DNA of 36,512 nt from Squalus acanthias (GCA_030390025.1 JASTWF010000335.1:496001-532512); one strand, 5' to 3'. Shown: positions 21,336 through 31,989, numbered from the stretch's first letter. Numbers and translations are program-made. The notes: generated by a model from the letters alone, not told the origin.

Positions 21336-21573
21336 CCTGACGACCCGAGTGAGGTCGTTGAACTTTTTTCGGCATTGTACATGGGTCCTGGGCACCATGC
21401 TCCTGGAGGAGACGCTCTGAGCCACCTCCCTCCAACACTCTTCTGTACTCGCGCGGCAAAGGCCTCCTGCCACTCTCAGGGAAGAGTATAGATTTTCTGC
21501 GCTCCACCGCGCCAACCAGAGCATCCAAGGCCCGCTCGCTGAAGCGCTGAGCTCGTTCTCTCACCCTCTCCAT
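21336..21573 (-). pseudogene. Harbinger A Myb/SANT-like gene exon 1, with a +1 frameshift at 21434-21435
   Basis: Deleting one base gives MERVRERAQRFSERALDALVGAVERRKSILFP...YRRVWREVAQSVSSRSMVPRTHVQCRKKFNDLTRVVR (79 codons), followed by a GTGAGT donor. Confidence 0.82.
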
Positions 21574-22361
21574 AGTCCTTGGCTTGAAAATGTAATCACA
21601 TGTCTCTCCAGGTCGAGATTCAAGGCTCCAATGAGCAGGGTGTGGCTGGAGAGCAAGATCGACCCTCCCCTTTAAGAACTGGCCGGCGCCAGTGTGTCTG
21701 TGTTCCATCGCTAACTGACATCACCTGCGCTGCGCCTGCGCTCTGAGTTAGCGCCTCACTGCTCGGCCTTTGCGCCTTAAGACAGGTGTGACACGCCTGA
21801 GTTAGCGCTCCAATCACCTCCCGGGGCGTTAAAAGTCAAGTTTGCAGTCAGTGGCGATAATTAGCGCCAGGCGCTAATCTTTGCGCCCGGCCGATAATTG
21901 CGCCCCAAACGGGGCGATACTGAATTTTTCCCCCTAAATGTTTTCATTGCTTTTTTTATTGAAATATATATTTGTGACTGAAAGTGTACGTAACCTTTTC
22001 ATTTAAAAAGTACAGCCTCTAGTCACTTTGAAAAAATTCAACTTTTTATTGGCAAAAACATTTAACATTACAACTGTTTGAAATTTAGAAAATAGCTAGT
22101 TTCCATCTTGAATGTCTTTATTGCACTAAGAAACCAAAACAGTCACTTTAAACTGTTTACAAATTTTATTCTAAACTATTTATGTTTACGAATGTTTGAA
22201 ACGTAGAAAATAGCTAGTTAACATTTAAAAGTTATAAACTATGTACATCAACACTGAACCTCAAAAGTCTTTGATGCTGCAATAAAAGTTCACTGTTTCA
22301 CTTTAAATTGTGTCTGTTCCTTTATTTGCCTTGCTGGGGGAGGGGGAGGTGCAAGGCGACA

Positions 22362-22474
22362 CTACATCATGAAGGTGTTGGCTACTAGCAGTTCCCGAGC
22401 AGCCTTACTTTCAGCAGCACTTGGCTCCTCCCCATCAGGCCTGGCCGACAGGCACATTGGCATCGTCCACATCC
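22362..22474 (-). pseudogene. Detached C-terminus of the Harbinger B transposase
   Basis: Joins across the CR1 insertion as ...AEMEDVDD...; a shifted frame ends KAARELLVANTFMM*, similar to ARAVRQRLIASRF* of transposase A. Confidence 0.65.
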
Positions 22475-23662
22475 TTTCAAAAGGCTTTCGATAAGGTCCC
22501 GCATAAGAGATTAGCGTGCTAAAGTTAAGGCACATGGGATTGGGGGCAAGGTATTGACTTGGATAGAGAACTGGTTGGCGGACAGAAAGCAGAGAGTAGG
22601 AATTAATGGGTCTTTTTCTGAGTGGCAAGCAGTGACTAGTGGGGTACCGCAGGGATCGATCCTTGGACCCCAGCTATTCACAATATACATTAATGATCTA
22701 GATAAGGGAACTAAATGTAATATCTCCAAGTTTGCAGATGACACAAAGCTGGGTGGGAGTGTGTGCTGCGAGGAGGATGCCGAGAAACTCCAGGATGATT
22801 TGGACAGGTTGGGTGAGTGGGCAGAAGCGTGGCAGATGCAATATAACGTGGATAAATGCGAGGTTATCCACTTTGGTGTCAAAAACAGAAAGGCAGACTA
22901 TTATCTGAATGGCAATAGATTGGGAGAAGGGGAAGTGCAACGAGACCTGGTGTCCTTGTGCACCAGTCGCTGAAGGTAAGCATGCAGGTGCAGCAGGCGG
23001 TGAAGAAGGCAAATGGTATGTTGGCCTTCATAGCGAAAGGGTTTGAGTATAGGAACAGGGATGTCCTGCTGCAGTTGTACAGGGCCTTGGTGAGACCACA
23101 CCTTGAGTATTGTGTGCAGTTTTGGTCGCCTTATCTGAGGAAGGATGTTCTTGCCATGGAGGGAGTTCAGTGAAGATTCACAAGGCTGATACCTGGGATG
23201 GCAGGAATGACATATGAGGAGAGATTGGGTCGATTGGGCTTATACTCGCTGGAGTATAGAAGAATGAAAGGGGATCTCATCGAAACATATAAAATTCTGA
23301 CAGGTCTGGACAATCTAGATGCAGGAAGAATGTTCCCGATGGTCGGAGAGTCCAGAACCAGGGGTCATAATCTAAGGATAAGGGGTATGCCATTTCGGAC
23401 AGAAATGAGGAAGAATTTCTTCACCCAGAGAGTGGTGAACCTGTGGAATTCTCTACCACAGAAGGTAATTGAGGCCAAGTCATTAAATATATTCAAGAAT
23501 GAGTTAGATATATTTCTTAAAGCTAAAGGTATCAAGGGATATGGGGAGAAGGCAGGTACAGGGTACTGAGTTTGGATGATCAGCCATGATCTCATTGAAT
23601 GGCGGAGCAGGCTCGAGGGGCCGAATGGCCTACTCCTGCTGCTATCTTCTATGTTTCTATGT
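22475..23662 (+). mobile_element. CR1 LINE, 5'-truncated, inserted into transposase B
   Basis: Starts FQKAFDKVPHKRL; RT motifs; frameshift and stop; 3' tail ctatgtttctatgt. Confidence 0.93.
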
Positions 23663-24701
23663 CCTCCATTTCAGCAGGGAGTTCCTCTGCACCGTTAAGG
23701 GTCAGTCCTTCCCGCAGGGCAAAGTTATGCAAAGCACAACAGGCCACCACAACCTTTCCCACTTTCAGAGGAGAATACTGCAAGGTCCCCCCTGACCTGT
23801 CCAGGCACCGGAAGCGTGATTTCAGAACTCCGATTGTTCTCGCCACCACTTGCCGTGTGGACACGTGTGCCTGGTTGTATCTCTCCTGAGCCTCATTATT
23901 GATCTTGCGGTAGGAAGTCATCAGCCATGGTCTTAGCGGGTAGCCCTTGTCGCCCAATATCCATGCGGATCCTGGAGGCAATGTGCTGAGGGCGCCATAT
24001 AAGTTCGAGTTACGGAGGACGAAGAAGTCATGATTACTTCCACGGTGACTTGCATTCACAGTTAGGATACTGAGGTGCGCATCACAGACTATCATGACAT
24101 TCAATGAATGAAACCCCTTCCTGTTGATGTATGTCACAGGTGCATCCACTGGTGCCTTCAATGCAACATGGGTTCCATCGACAGCCCCAATCACTTTGGG
24201 CAATCCAGCAATGGTATAAAATGCAAGGCCCATCTCCTTCTGATGGCGAGTGGACAAGTCAAAGTCAATGAACTCTGAAGCCCTACGGAAAATGGCATCT
24301 GTGACCTGGTGAATGCAGGCCCTCGCAGCATTCTTGGAGATGTTAGTAATGTCACCGGTGCTTGCCTGAAATGACCCATTTACAAAGAAGTTCAGTGCTG
24401 TGGTTACCTTCATGTTCACTGACAAGGCAGTGCGGGTCTTCGAGCGTGTTTGAAGGTCCTCCTTTAACATGTCACATAGTCGGCCGATTGCCTCTTTACT
24501 GAAGCGCAGCCTCCTCACACACAACTCCTCCCACAGCATCTCAAGCGACAGCCTCTCCCTGTACACTCTCTGGGGTGGGTAGTAGTTTCTCCTTCTCAGG
24601 AGGAGACGCTTATGGTTCCTCCGTCTGTCTTGTTCCCTGGCGTTTAAAATTCCATGACGCAAAATCGCACAGAGGACCAGGACAGCATTCTCAAAGGGCA
24701 T
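23663..24701 (-). pseudogene. Harbinger transposase B (HARBI1-like), inactivated
   Basis: Motifs GAVDGTH, NRKGFHSLNV, LGDKGY and CCALHN. The conserved Glu reads Ala (RQVVARTIG, codon GCG at 23843-23841) and the C-terminus is cut by CR1. Confidence 0.88.
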
Positions 24702-25243
24702 GTTTCTCCCTCACAGGCCTCCTCTTTAAACAGTACTTGTCAGCAAAAAATGGAAAGAGTTGTTAAAGTAATTTTAATAAAGTGAGTGGCTCGAAAATCA
24801 CGTCGGGCTATGGTGGGAAAGGTGCAGTATCGGATCGGGAACACGTCATACCCGCCTGATGAATATCACAGCCCGAGATGATTTTCCAAAACTGTAACAT
24901 TTTCAGAAAGTCGTACATACATACTTACTTAAAGGAATATAATTGATGATCATTTTCTTTTTTAAAACTTCTGGAAATGTTAAATAATTCATTTTTAAAC
25001 AGTCATTTTCATATTTAAGAAAAAAATCTAATTCAATTAGGCCTCGCACACAGCGAGAGTTGCTACACTACTCCAAATGGTCAAAACCCATTTTTAAAAA
25101 TGTTTTTACAATTGGAAACTTACCTCAGACTTTATGAAATAAACTTTGCTCCCTTTCAGAATTAAAAATTTTCAGTTTAGTAGCCCCACTGGTGAAAGAT
25201 TTCTTCTTCCTGGTCGATACGGAGCTTCTAACATGGGCTGATA

Positions 25244-25508
25244 ACGGCTCATTAGAACGAGGGGTCACAGTCTCAGGATACGGGGTGGGACATTTAGGAC
25301 TGAGATGAGGAGAAATTTCTTCACTCAGTGGGTGGTGAACCTGTGGAATTCTCTACCACAGAAGGCTGTGGAGGCCAAGTCACTGAATGTATTTAAGAAG
25401 GAGATAGATAGATTTCCAGACACAAAAGGCATCAAGGGGTATGGGGAGAGAGCAGGAATATGGTATTGAGATAGAGGATCAGCCATGATCATACTGAATG
25501 GCGGAGCA
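25244..25508 (+). mobile_element. CR1 3' fragment (inverted partner of 25870-26183)
   Basis: CR1 C-terminus and 3'UTR; 5' junction acggctcattagaacgagggg. Confidence 0.85.
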
Positions 25509-25660
25509 CGCGATTCAACTACGAACCCTTTCCTTCAGGCCACCGGAAGTTCCGGTTTCCCGCGCATGCGCAGTGCATGCAGGAAACCGGCACTTCGGGA
25601 CGCCCTACGGGTGAGTACACAGCGTGCGTACTCACTCGGGAAGGGCCGAATTTTTGGCCC
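25509..25660. mobile_element. DNA-transposon/MITE terminal fragment with internal hairpins
   Basis: Ends in gaatttttggccc (reverse complement gggccaaaaattc, similar to the Harbinger A TIR); imperfect palindromes ccggaagttccggtttcc...ggaaaccggcacttcgg and gagtacacagcgtgcgtactc. Confidence 0.5.
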
Positions 25661-25869
25661 ATTATATATTATAGTGCCTTTACTTCAACCTGGGTTTCAA
25701 ATGAATATATTTCTTTGACCTCAGAATAGTTGAAGAGCTCTTTCAATGACATTTGTGCAGTCTGAGTTCCTCAGATTTCTGGATCCCAGAACCCCACGTT
25801 TCAGACTTTTCCCCAACTACTTAACTCCAGAGCCCCCCTCAAAGGTCACAAACCTTTCGGCCACATCCA

Positions 25870-26183
25870 TAGAAACATAGAAAAAATAGGAGCCGGAGGA
25901 GGCTATTCGGCCCTTCGAGCCTGCTCCGCCATTAAATATGATCATGGCTGATCCTCTATCTCAAAACCATATTCCTGCTCTCTCCCCATACCCCTTGATG
26001 CCTTTTGTGTCTAGAAATCTATCTGTCTCCTTCTTAAATATATTCAGTGACTTGGCCTCCACAGCCTTCTGTGGTAGAGAATTCCACAGGTTCACCACCT
26101 CCAAGAAGAAATTTCTCCTCATCTCAGTCCTAAATGTCCTACCCCGTATCCTGAGACTGTGACCCCTCGTTCTAATGAGCCGT
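25870..26183 (-). mobile_element. CR1 3' fragment with tail
   Basis: Minus-strand TRGHSLRIRGRTFRTEMRRNFF...; tail (catagaaa)n. Confidence 0.88.
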
Positions 26184-26432
26184 ACGTGTTCTCGGGCGAC
26201 GTCGCCGGTCAGGTCTGGAACGTTTCGAAGAGCGTCCCCCTGTTCAAGCTGGAGGACGTCTACATCGGCCTCTGTTTGGCGGTGTTGAAGATCGCGCCGG
26301 TGGAAATCCACCCGCGGCCCACGTTCTACAACACAAAGGTCACCTTTTCGGTCTGCGCCTTTCGCCAACTCGTCACCTCTCACCTGGCAAAGCCCGACGA
26401 GCTGCTGATCTACTGGAAGGCGCTGAACGACT
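26182..26432 (+). pseudogene. B3GALT5: B3GALT5 paralogous 3' fragment
   Basis: YVFSGDVAGQVWNVSKSVPLFKLEDVYIGLCL...YWKALND; about 13 substitutions versus 16039-16290 by manual comparison; no 5' portion. Confidence 0.9.
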
Positions 26433-26829
26433 CGATAAATTTTCACGGCGGCTGTCCTTAAAGCGATAAGGGCCGCAATGTCCCCTGCAATTTTGTATTT
26501 CCGTGCGCGGCCCCTTGAAATTGGCAGCGCAGTCGCTGTGCTCAACCGGAGGGTCCGCAGCCCCCCTCGGGGTCCGTGAGAAGAATTTTAAAAAAATCAG
26601 ATTTTTAAAAAAAAACAGAGAAAAGAAAATTGCACCCTCGCATAACGGTGGGATGGAGCTGAGCAAACTGGCGGCGCCGACCCCGGTACCAGCCCCTGTT
26701 TCCCTCCTCCCGAACGTCTGTGCGATGATGGCAGCAGCGTCTGCTCTGCCCAGGCCCCCCGCTCCGCTGAGAAGGGAGAGAGGCGGCGGTCGCTGGTTGC
26801 TGAGTGCAGAGACCCCAGCTCCAGCTCTC

Positions 26830-27930
26830 CGTCCTCCTCTCCCCCTCTCCGCCCCCTCCCATCCTCACAGCTCCGACACCTCCTCTCCCCCTCACCGCTC
26901 CCTGACACCCACAGCTCCGACACCCCCTCTCCCCCTCTCCGCTCCCTGACACCCCCTCTCCTCCTCTCCGCTCCCTCCCACCCTCTCCGCTCCCTGACAC
27001 CCCCTCTCCCCCTCTCCGCTCCCTGACACCCCCTCTCCTCCTCTCCGCTCCCTCCCACCCTCTCCGCCCCCTGACACCCTCTCTCCCCCTCTCCGCCCCG
27101 ACTCCCCCTCTCCGCCCCCTCCCATCCTCACAGCTCCGACACCTCCTCTCCCCCTCTCCGCTCCCTGACACCCCCTCTCCCCCTCTCCGCCCCCTCCCAC
27201 CCTCACCGCTCCCTGACACCCCCTCTTTCCCTCCCCACTCCATGATACCCTCACAGCTCCGTGACACCCCCTCTCCCCCTCTCCGCCCCCACCCACCCTC
27301 TCCGCACCCTGACACCCCCCCTCCCCCTCTCCGCCCCGACACCCCCTCTCCCCCTCTCCCCCTCTCCGCTCCATGATACCCCCTCCGTCCCCTGACTCCC
27401 CCTCACCGCTCCGACACCCCCTCTCCGCCCCCTCCCATCCTCACAGCTCCGACACCTCCTCTCCCCCTCTCCGCTCCCTGACACCCCCTCTCCCCCTCAC
27501 CGCCCCCTCACCGCCCCCTGACACCCCCTCTCCCCCTCACCACTCCCTGACACCCCCTCTCCCCCTCTCTGCCCCCTGACACACCCTCTCCGCCCCCTGA
27601 CAAACCCTCTCCGCCCCCTGACATCCCCTCTCCCCCTCTCCACCCCCTGACACCTCCTCTCACCCTCTCTGCCTCCTGACACCCCCTCTCCCCCCCTGAC
27701 ACCTCTCCCCCTCTCTGCCCCCTGACACACCCTCTCCGCCCCCTGACACCCCCTCTCCCCCTCTCCCCCCCCGACACCCCCTCTCCCCCTCTCCGCCCCC
27801 TGACACCCCCTCTCCCCCTCTCCGCCCCTTGACACACCCTCTCTCCCTCTCCGCCCCCTGACACACCCTCTCTCCCTCTCCGCCCCCTGACACACCCTCT
27901 CTCCCTCTCCGCCCCGTGACACCCCCTCTC
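26830..27930. repeat. C-rich minisatellite (ccctctccgccccctgacacc-like units)
   Basis: Degenerate 20-30 bp pyrimidine-rich units. Confidence 0.92.
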
Positions 27931-28420
27931 CGAAGGTTCACGAGATTGATTCCTGGGATGGCGGGATTGTCGTATGAGAAGAGATTGAGTAAACTAGGCC
28001 TGTATTCTCTTGAATTCAGAAGAATGAGAGGGGATCTCATTGAAGCATACAAAATTATTACAGGGCTTGATAGGGTGGATGCTGGGAGAATGTTTCCCTT
28101 GGCTGGGGAGTCTAGAACCAGGGGCCACAGCCTCAGGATAAAGGGTAGGCCATTCAGGACTGAGATGAGAAGAAATTTCTTCACACAGAGGGTGGTGAAT
28201 CTTTGGAATTCTCTACCCCAGAGGGCTGTGGAGGCTCAGTCATTGGGTATATTCAAAACAGAAGTCGATAGATTTCTGACTAGTAAGGGCATCAAGGGAT
28301 ATGGCGATAGGGCCGGTGAATGGAGTTGAGGCAGAAGATCAGCCATGATCTCATTGAATGGCGGCGCAGGCTCGAAGGGCCGAATGGCCTACTCCTGCTC
28401 CTATTTCTTATGTTCTTATG
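27928..28420 (+). mobile_element. CR1 3' fragment (third subfamily)
   Basis: RRFTRLIPGMAGLSYEKRL...; tail ttatgttcttatgt. Confidence 0.9.
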
Positions 28421-28497
28421 TAACCCTCCCGATCTCTGCAACCTCCTCCAGCCCCTACAACCCTCCCTATCTCTGTAACCTCCTCCAGCCCCTACAA
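28421..28497. repeat. Two copies of the L2-derived 37-bp minisatellite unit (opposite orientation to 307-1190)
   Basis: aaccctccctatctctgtaacctcctccagcccctac. Confidence 0.85.
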
Positions 28498-28843
28498 TTA
28501 TTTAAATCTCAGCTGTATAAATAAGGGAGGCTAGAGTGCAGTTTGTCACGGAGTGCAGATCGGAACGGAGTGTGAAGCTGCGAGTTTGGTGAGGGAGGGA
28601 GTTCGGGGAGGGAGGTGTTCCTTTCTTTTTCCATCTTTGTCAGCTTCTAGGAGAGCAGTAGCTAAAAAGCTGCACAAGAGGGTACAGAGAACCAGCGGTG
28701 AGTATTTCTACAGTATTTCTACATTCCAGTCATTAAAGTAAAAGTAAGGTCTCTAGTTTAGAGTAAGTAGTGTTTAAAGGGAAGTAAGGTCCCTAGTGTA
28801 TTTAATATTCTTTAATTTAAAAGGAGGAAATCAAGGGTAGGAC

Positions 28844-29794
28844 ATGGCAGGGCAGCTCGGCAGCGTAGAGTGCTCCTCCTGTGCTATGTTGGAAGTCAGG
28901 GACACTTTAGGTGTCCAGGGCGAACACATGTGCAGGAAGTGTCTCCAGCTGCAGCTACTCAAAATCCATGTTTCAGAGCTGGAGCTGCGGCTGGAGTCAC
29001 TGTGGAGCATCCGTGAAGCTGAGATCTGCCTGGATAGCACGTTTAACAAGGTGGTCACACTGCAGGTAAAGAGTGCACAGGCAGACAGGGAATGGGTGAC
29101 CACCAGACAGAGTAAAAGAACTAGGAAGGTAGTGCAGAAGTCCCCTGGGTCAATCTCCCTCTCCGACAGATTTTCCGTTTTGGATACTGATGGGGGAGAT
29201 GGTTTCTCTGGGGAATGCAGCAAGAGCCAAGTCCGTGGCACTACGAGTGGCTCAGCTGCACAGGAGGGGAGGAAAAAGAGTGGGAGAGCAATAGTGATAG
29301 GGGATTCTATCGTAAGGGGAACAGATAGATGTTTCTGTGGCCGCAGACGTGACTCCAGGATGGTATGTTGCCTCCCTGGTGCCAGGGTCAAGGATGTCAC
29401 TGAACGGCTGCAGGGCATTCTGAAGGGGGAGGGCGAACAGTCAGAGGTCGTGGTTCACATTGGTACCAACGACATGGGTAGAAAGAGGGATGAGGTCCTG
29501 CAACAAGAATTTAGGGAGCTAGGTAGCAGATTAAAAAGCAGGACCTCAAAGGTTGTAATCTCTGGATTACTCCCGGTGCCACGTGCTACTGAGTATAGGA
29601 ATAGGAGGATAGAGCAGATGAATGCGTGGCTAAAGAATTGGTGCAGGAGGGAGGGCTTTAGTTTCCTGGATCACTGGGTCTGCTTCTGGGGTAGGTGGGA
29701 CCTGTACAAGTTGGACGGGTTGCACCTGAACCGGAACGGGACCAACATCCTTGCGGGGAAGTTTGCTAGTTCTGTTGTGGGGGGTTTAAACTAA
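28844..29794 (+). CDS. CR1 ORF1p: CxxC zinc finger, leucine zipper and SGNH esterase domain (316 aa, intact)
   Basis: CSSC...CRKC; heptad repeat; GDSIVR, PGA, HIGTND and DGLHLN blocks. Confidence 0.88.
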   Translation: MAGQLGSVECSSCAMLEVRDTLGVQGEHMCRKCLQLQLLKIHVSELELRLESLWSIREAEICLDSTFNKVVTLQVKSAQADREWVTTRQSKRTRKVVQKSPGSISLSDRFSVLDTDGGDGFSGECSKSQVRGTTSGSAAQEGRKKSGRAIVIGDSIVRGTDRCFCGRRRDSRMVCCLPGARVKDVTERLQGILKGEGEQSEVVVHIGTNDMGRKRDEVLQQEFRELGSRLKSRTSKVVISGLLPVPRATEYRNRRIEQMNAWLKNWCRREGFSFLDHWVCFWGRWDLYKLDGLHLNRNGTNILAGKFASSVVGGLN

Positions 29795-31342
29795 CTTGGC
29801 AGGGGGATGGGATACGGAGTGGAGCTATAGTAGGGGGTGATGCACAGCCAAATATAGAGGAAAAAACAAGTCAGCCTGGAAGGCAGAGCAAATATGTAAC
29901 GGCACAAGGGAGTATGGCAAGGCTGGATGGCATTTATTTTAATGCAAGGAGTCTTGCGAGTAAGGCAGATGAATTGAAGGTGTTGATGAACACATGGGAG
30001 TATGATATTGTTGCTATCACAGAGACATGGTTGAGGAGGGGCAGGACTGGCAGCTCAATATTCCGGGGTATAGAATCTTCAGGCGAGACAGAGGTGGGTG
30101 TAAAAGAGGAGGGGGTGTCGCAATATTAATCAAGGAGTCAATTACTGCTGTAAGGAGGGATGATATCTTCGCAGGTTCCTCTAATGAGGCCATATGGGTA
30201 GAACGTAAAAACAAAAAGGGGACAAGCCCTTTGCTGGGAGTGTACTATAGGCCCCCAAACAGTCAGGGGGAGATAGAGGAACAGATATGTAGGCAAATCT
30301 CAGAGAAATGTGCAAATAATAGGGTAATAATAATGGGGGATTTCAACTTCCCCAATATTAACTGGGATAGTCAGAGTGTGAAAGGCTTAGAGGGTGCAGA
30401 ATTCTTAAAGTGCATCCAGGAGAGCTTTTTGAGCCAGCATGTAGAAAGTCCTACAAGAGAAGGGGCGGTACTGGACCTAATTCTAGGGAATGTAGCCGGG
30501 CAAGTGGTAGATGTGTCAGTAGGAGAGCATTTTGGTGACAGTGACCATAATTCGGTGAGAATTAAGGAAGTCATGGAAAAGGACAAAGATGGACCGGAAA
30601 TAAAGGTTCTAAATTGGGGGAAGGCCGATTTTAATATGATAAGGCAGGATCTGGCCAAAGTGGACTGGGATCAGCTACTTGTAGGAAAATCCACATCAGA
30701 GCAGTGGGAGTCTTTCAGAAAGGAAATAGAGAGAGTACAACGCCAACATGTTCCCGTAAAGGTCAAGGGTGGGATCAACAAGCCCAGGGAACCCTGGATG
30801 TCAAGAGATATATGAGAATGGATTAGGAGAAAAAGGGAGGCTTTTGGCAGATACAAAGGACTAAAAACAGTGGAAGCCCTGGAGGAGTATAGAAAGTGCA
30901 GGGGGTACTTAAAAATAAATTAGGAGAGCGAAGAGGGGGCATGAAATAACACTGGCGGGCAAAATAAAGGAAAATCCCAAGGTGTTTTATAAGTATATTA
31001 AGGGCAAGAGGATAACCAGGGAAAGAGTAGGGCCCATTATGGACCAAAGTGGCAATCTGTGTGTAGAGCCAGAAGATTAGGTGGGGTTTTAAATGAATAT
31101 TTTGCATCCGTGTTCACTATGGAGAAGGATGATGTAGGCATAGAAATCAGGCAGGGGGATTGTGATATACTTGAACAAATTAGTATTGAGAGGGAGGAGG
31201 TACTAGCGGTTTTAGCGGGCTTAAAAGTGGATAAATCCCCAGGCCCAGACGAGATGTATCCCAGCCTGCTGTGTGAGGCAAGGGAGGAGATTGCAGGGGG
31301 TCTGACACTAATTTTCAGAACCTCTCTGGCCACAGGGGAGGT

Positions 31343-31554
31343 CAAAATTGAGAGGTCGCACAACACCAGGTTATAGTCCAACAGTTTTATTTGAAATCAC
31401 AAGCTTTCGGAGCTTACTACTCCTTCGTCGGGTGAAGGAGTAGTAAGCTCCGAAAGCTTGTGATTTCAAATAAAACTGTTGGACTATAACCTGGTGTTGT
31501 GCGACCTCTCAATTTTGTCCACCCCAGTCCAACACCGGCATCTCCGCATCATGA
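31343..31554. mobile_element. 212-bp palindromic Penelope-type mini-insertion with hammerhead-like motif
   Basis: Perfect 84-bp inverted arms (31343-31426 / 31434-31517); 13-bp TSD CCACAGGGGAGGT (31330-31342, 31555-31567). Confidence 0.8.
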
Positions 31555-31989
31555 CCACAGGGGAGGTGCCAGAGGACTGGAGAACAGCTAACGTAGTACC
31601 ATTATTCAAGAAGAGTAGTAGGGATAAACCAGGGAATTACAGGCCAGTGAGCCTAACATCAGTGGTAGGGAAATTATTGGAAAAAATTCTAAGGAAAAGA
31701 ATTAGTCTCCACTTGGAGAGGCAAGGATTAATCAAGGATAGTCAGCATGGCTTTGTCAGGTCGAGATCATGTCTGACCAATTTGATTGAATTTTTCAAGG
31801 GGGTGACTAGGTGCGTGGATGAGGGTAGTGCAGTTGATGTGGTCTACATGGACTTCAGTAAGGCTTTTGACAAAGTCCCGCATGGGAGACTGGTCAAGAA
31901 GGTAAGAGCCCATGGGATCCAGGGCAACTTTGCACATTGGATTCAAAATTGGCTTAGTGGCAGGAGGCAGAGGGTGATGGTCGAAGGTT

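Larger units (their letters stand above)
17860..21934. mobile_element. PIF/Harbinger DNA transposon A, full length (4075 bp)
   Basis: TIRs gggctaaaaattcagt / actgaatttttccccc; TAA TSD at 17857-17859 and 21935-21937; two convergent genes. Confidence 0.95.
28510..31989 (+). mobile_element. CR1 LINE with 5'UTR, ORF1 and the 5' part of ORF2 (APE endonuclease, start of RT); 3'-truncated
   Basis: ORF2 pieces FNARS, AITETW, GDFNFP, LDLIL, SDHN, KSPGPDE, PGNYRPVSLTS, QHGF and DFSKAFDKVPH, with frameshifts and stops. Confidence 0.92.

Noticed and set aside
24786..25660. TIR pair defining the right end of Harbinger B or a separate MITE
   Set aside because: The match between ggctcgaaaatc and gggccaaaaattc is weak and no TSD or left-hand partner was found; boundaries not called.
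26433..26830. MITE-like fragment after the B3GALT5 remnant
   Set aside because: Composition is suggestive, but no TIR pair or second copy is present in the window.
26597..28184. Multiple Gly/Arg/Glu-rich ORFs
   Set aside because: Artefacts of the C-rich minisatellite.
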